Shown: piece by piece, positions 61,444 to 64,000 of the stretch
Layout: each line of letters starts with the position of its first letter
Position numbering within the stretch: position 1 is the stretch's first letter
NCBI GenBank assembly: GCA_977020255.1
Contig: CDROCS010001622.1
Span: 1-64,000 of the forward strand
Reading direction: 5' to 3'
DNA length: 64,000 nucleotides
DNA from: Obrimoposthia wandeli
Taxonomy: Eukaryota
Translations under genes and position numbers: made by a program
Notes under the pieces: model-generated
What the model saw: the letters and a program-made list of their open reading frames with translations, nothing else
The model's database searches: none
What the model was told of the DNA's origin: nothing

Positions 61444-62121
61444 TTAGTCTTCCAACAAGTCCGGTCTAATTTTTTTTGTACGTTCTAAAGCTTGGTCATT
61501 TCTCCATTCATCTATTTTAGGAAAGTTACCCGATAATAGAACTTCTGGAACCTTAAGTTCTTTATATTCAGAAGGTCTAGTGAAAACCGGTGGTGATAAT
61601 AAATCGTCTTGAAATGAGTCTGTAAGTGCTGAAGTTTCATCACCTAAAACACCTGGGATTAACCGGATAATAGCATCACATAAAACAGCAGCTCCAAGTT
61701 CACCACCACTCAAGACATAATCACCTATAGAAATTTCTTTTGTAACAAATAAATCGCGTACTCTTTGATCAACTCCTTTGTAATGTCCACAAAGAACAAT
61801 CATATTTTTATTTAGAGATAATGTATTTGCAGTTTGTTGGTTTAAAGTTGGTGCATCTGGTGTCATATAAATGACTTCATCATAATCTCTTTCAGATTTT
61901 AATTTTGAAATACATTTATCAATAGGTTCAATCATTAAAACCATTCCAGCTCCACCTCCAAACTGATAATCATCTATTTTACCATAATCGTTAAGCGCAT
62001 ATTTTCTTAAATCGTGAAAATGTACTTCAACTAATTCTTTATCAATAGCGCGTTTAATTATTGAAAATTCAAACGGGCTTTTAATTAATTCTGGTGAAAC
62101 GGTAATTATATCAATTCGCAT
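61444..62121 (-). CDS. trmD: tRNA (guanine-37-N1) methyltransferase
   Basis: [38 protein letters not shown]. Confidence 0.98.
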   Translation of the reverse strand: MRIDIITVSPELIKSPFEFSIIKRAIDKELVEVHFHDLRKYALNDYGKIDDYQFGGGAGMVLMIEPIDKCISKLKSERDYDEVIYMTPDAPTLNQQTANTLSLNKNMIVLCGHYKGVDQRVRDLFVTKEISIGDYVLSGGELGAAVLCDAIIRLIPGVLGDETSALTDSFQDDLLSPPVFTRPSEYKELKVPEVLLSGNFPKIDEWRNDQALERTKKIRPDLLED

Positions 62122-62125
62122 TTTG

Positions 62126-62133
62126 CAAAGATA
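62126..62133 (-). promoter_or_regulatory. -7 element (TATCTTTG) 4 nt before the trmD ATG (leaderless)
   Basis: Minus strand TATCTTTG-CAAA-ATG. Confidence 0.65.
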
Positions 62134-62192
62134 ATTGTTTTATATAAAAATGAAGAACAAATAATAAAGTTAAAAGTTATTTAGTTTTAGAC

Positions 62193-63038
62193 TTAGATTG
62201 AAGCTTTAATCATACGATCTGCTTTAAAAATATCTTTTTTAAGAATGATGTTTTTGAAATTATTTACTTCTAGAAGCTGTACAGTTTCATTTCCTAGATA
62301 TTGATTAATTTCAAAATATAATTTACCATCTGAATTTAAATGGGTTTTAGCTAAATTGGCAATCTTATTATAAAAAAGTAACGGATTTTCATCTTCAACA
62401 AAAAGTGCTAGGTGTGGTTCATTAGCAAGAACATTTTGTTGCATCATTTCTTTTTCTAATTCTCTTACATATGGCGGATTGCTAACTATTATATCAAAAT
62501 TAGATGGAAGATCTTTAGCTTGTAATATATCCAATTCTATAAAATGAATTGTTACATTATTTAATTTGGCATTTTCTTTAGCTGTTTTTATTGCTTCCGA
62601 AGAAATATCAATTGCATAAACTTCAGCATTTGAAATATTTTTAGCCAGTGAAATAGGTATGCATCCACTACCAGTACCAATATCTAATATTTTTATTTTT
62701 GAAGTATTTTTAGTGTCATTAATAATCCATTCCACTAATTCTTCAGTTTCTGGACGAGGAATTAACACATTTGAATTTACTTTTAATGGCAATCCGTAAA
62801 ATTCAGTTTCGCCAATTATGTATTGAATGGGAATTTGTTTTTTTAAGGAAGTCAATGTTCCTTGAAAAAATGATAATTCGTCGTTTTCAAATTCTTTAGA
62901 AGGGTTTAAAGCTAAATCTATTCTTGTAAAATTTAATTTAAATTCAATTAGCAAATTGAAAAAAGATTGAATTTCTGATTCAGGATAAAATTCAGAAAGT
63001 TCAGAAAAGAATATTTTTTTAAAATCTATTATAACCAT
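62193..63038 (-). CDS. prmC: Release factor glutamine methyltransferase
   Basis: PIQYIIG, LIPRPETEELV, LDIGTGSGCI, VSNPPY. Confidence 0.96.
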   Translation of the reverse strand: MVIIDFKKIFFSELSEFYPESEIQSFFNLLIEFKLNFTRIDLALNPSKEFENDELSFFQGTLTSLKKQIPIQYIIGETEFYGLPLKVNSNVLIPRPETEELVEWIINDTKNTSKIKILDIGTGSGCIPISLAKNISNAEVYAIDISSEAIKTAKENAKLNNVTIHFIELDILQAKDLPSNFDIIVSNPPYVRELEKEMMQQNVLANEPHLALFVEDENPLLFYNKIANLAKTHLNSDGKLYFEINQYLGNETVQLLEVNNFKNIILKKDIFKADRMIKASI

Positions 63039-63529
63039 TATAACTCTTTAAGCATCCATAAATTACACGAATAGTGACCTGTATCACCCATTGGAGCATC
63101 TAAATCTTTAAACCCAACGTTACGGTATAGTTTTCGAGCACCTTCCATATATGGCAGCGTTTCTAAATAACAATGTTCAAATCCATACTCTTTACCTTTG
63201 TTCAAACATAAATTCATCATTTTACTTCCCAATCCAATTCCTCTTGCTTCAGGTTTAAAATACATTTTTTGAAGTTCGCATACATTCCCTTCAAAATTAT
63301 CTAATTTTTTAATTCCTGCTCCTCCAAAAATTTCATTTTCTTTTTCAATAACATAATAAATGCAGTTTTCGCTATCGTAAGCTTCAAACAAAGTATCTAA
63401 AATTTTGTCAGCATAAGCAGTTCCAACTTTAGGAACGCCAAACTCGATGAGTATCTCTCTAATAGCCTTTGCTATTTTTGGATTGTCCTCAGGTTGAATT
63501 TCTCTGATTTTAAAGTTGTTGTGAATCAT
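63038..63529 (-). CDS. GNAT family N-acetyltransferase
   Basis: ELQKMY...ARGIGLG acetyl-CoA motif, YLET, LYRNVGF. Confidence 0.9.
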   Translation of the reverse strand: MIHNNFKIREIQPEDNPKIAKAIREILIEFGVPKVGTAYADKILDTLFEAYDSENCIYYVIEKENEIFGGAGIKKLDNFEGNVCELQKMYFKPEARGIGLGSKMMNLCLNKGKEYGFEHCYLETLPYMEGARKLYRNVGFKDLDAPMGDTGHYSCNLWMLKEL

Positions 63530-63539
63530 TTTAATATGT

Positions 63540-63547
63540 TATTTTTG
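63540..63547 (+). promoter_or_regulatory. -7 element (TATTTTTG) 4 nt before the ribD GTG (leaderless)
   Basis: TATTTTTG-CGAT-GTG. Confidence 0.6.
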
Positions 63548-63551
63548 CGAT

Positions 63552-64000
63552 GTGAATATACACGAAAAATACATAAAACGTTGCATTAAGCTTGCTAAAA
63601 ATGGTTTAGGTAAAACATATCCAAATCCTATGGTTGGAAGTGTAATTGTTTTGAATAATACTATTATTGGAGAAGGTTGGCATAAGAAAGCAGGAGAGCC
63701 TCATGCTGAAGTAAATGCAGTAAATTCAGTTAAAGATAAATCATTGCTAAGTAAGGCAACTATTTATGTGAGTTTAGAGCCTTGTTCTCATTTTGGAAAA
63801 ACGCCTCCTTGTGCTAATTTAATTGTAGAAAACGGAATTAAAAATGTTGTTATTGGTGTAATTGATTCTAATAGTGAAGTATGTGGAAGAGGTGTGAAGT
63901 TGTTAGAAGCCAATGGTTGTAATGTAACTGTTGGAGTTTTAGAAAATGAATGTAAAGAGTTGAACAAACGTTTTTTTACGTATCACGAATTAAAAAGACC
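63552..64000 (+). CDS. ribD: Riboflavin biosynthesis deaminase/reductase RibD, truncated by window edge
   Basis: Not in the ORF track. Manual translation from GTG 63552 gives TYPNPMVG, HAEVNA, YVSLEPCSHFGKTPPC zinc-deaminase motifs. Confidence 0.95.
   Translation, partial: MNIHEKYIKRCIKLAKNGLGKTYPNPMVGSVIVLNNTIIGEGWHKKAGEPHAEVNAVNSVKDKSLLSKATIYVSLEPCSHFGKTPPCANLIVENGIKNVVIGVIDSNSEVCGRGVKLLEANGCNVTVGVLENECKELNKRFFTYHELKR

Overview
AT-rich bacterial chromosomal window from a Flavobacteriaceae member (Bacteroidota). Evidence for this is TAnnTTTG promoters, monomeric Icd and stand-alone dnaK. A four-subunit 2-oxoacid:ferredoxin oxidoreductase suggests a facultative anaerobe, possibly Lutibacter-like (inference). 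I found no rRNA, tRNA, CRISPR array or IS element. The most notable region is 0.5-15.8 kb: a tightly coupled arsenosugar-type operon (AhpD-like, radical SAM ArsS, exported rhodanese, TIGR04282 transferase, purine nucleoside phosphorylase, ArsM, fatty-acid hydroxylase) with no ArsR/ArsC/Acr3 in the window. It is followed by an outer-membrane trio, a flavin/Fe-S redox pair and a GT2-GT2-GT-C lipid glycosylation module. By eye, the embedded PNP has active-site substitutions expected for a 5'-substituted adenosine substrate, so it may perform the deadenylation step after ArsS. The rest is mostly housekeeping, plus a surface-polysaccharide locus and a LytTR two-component pair with 21-bp-phased repeats pointing at an apparently empty transcription unit. 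There is also an ORF-less ~450-nt promoter-to-terminator unit between rplS and icd, and three locally scrambled gene junctions at 41.2-43.7 kb that are probably assembly errors. All family assignments come from motif recognition; no database searches were run.
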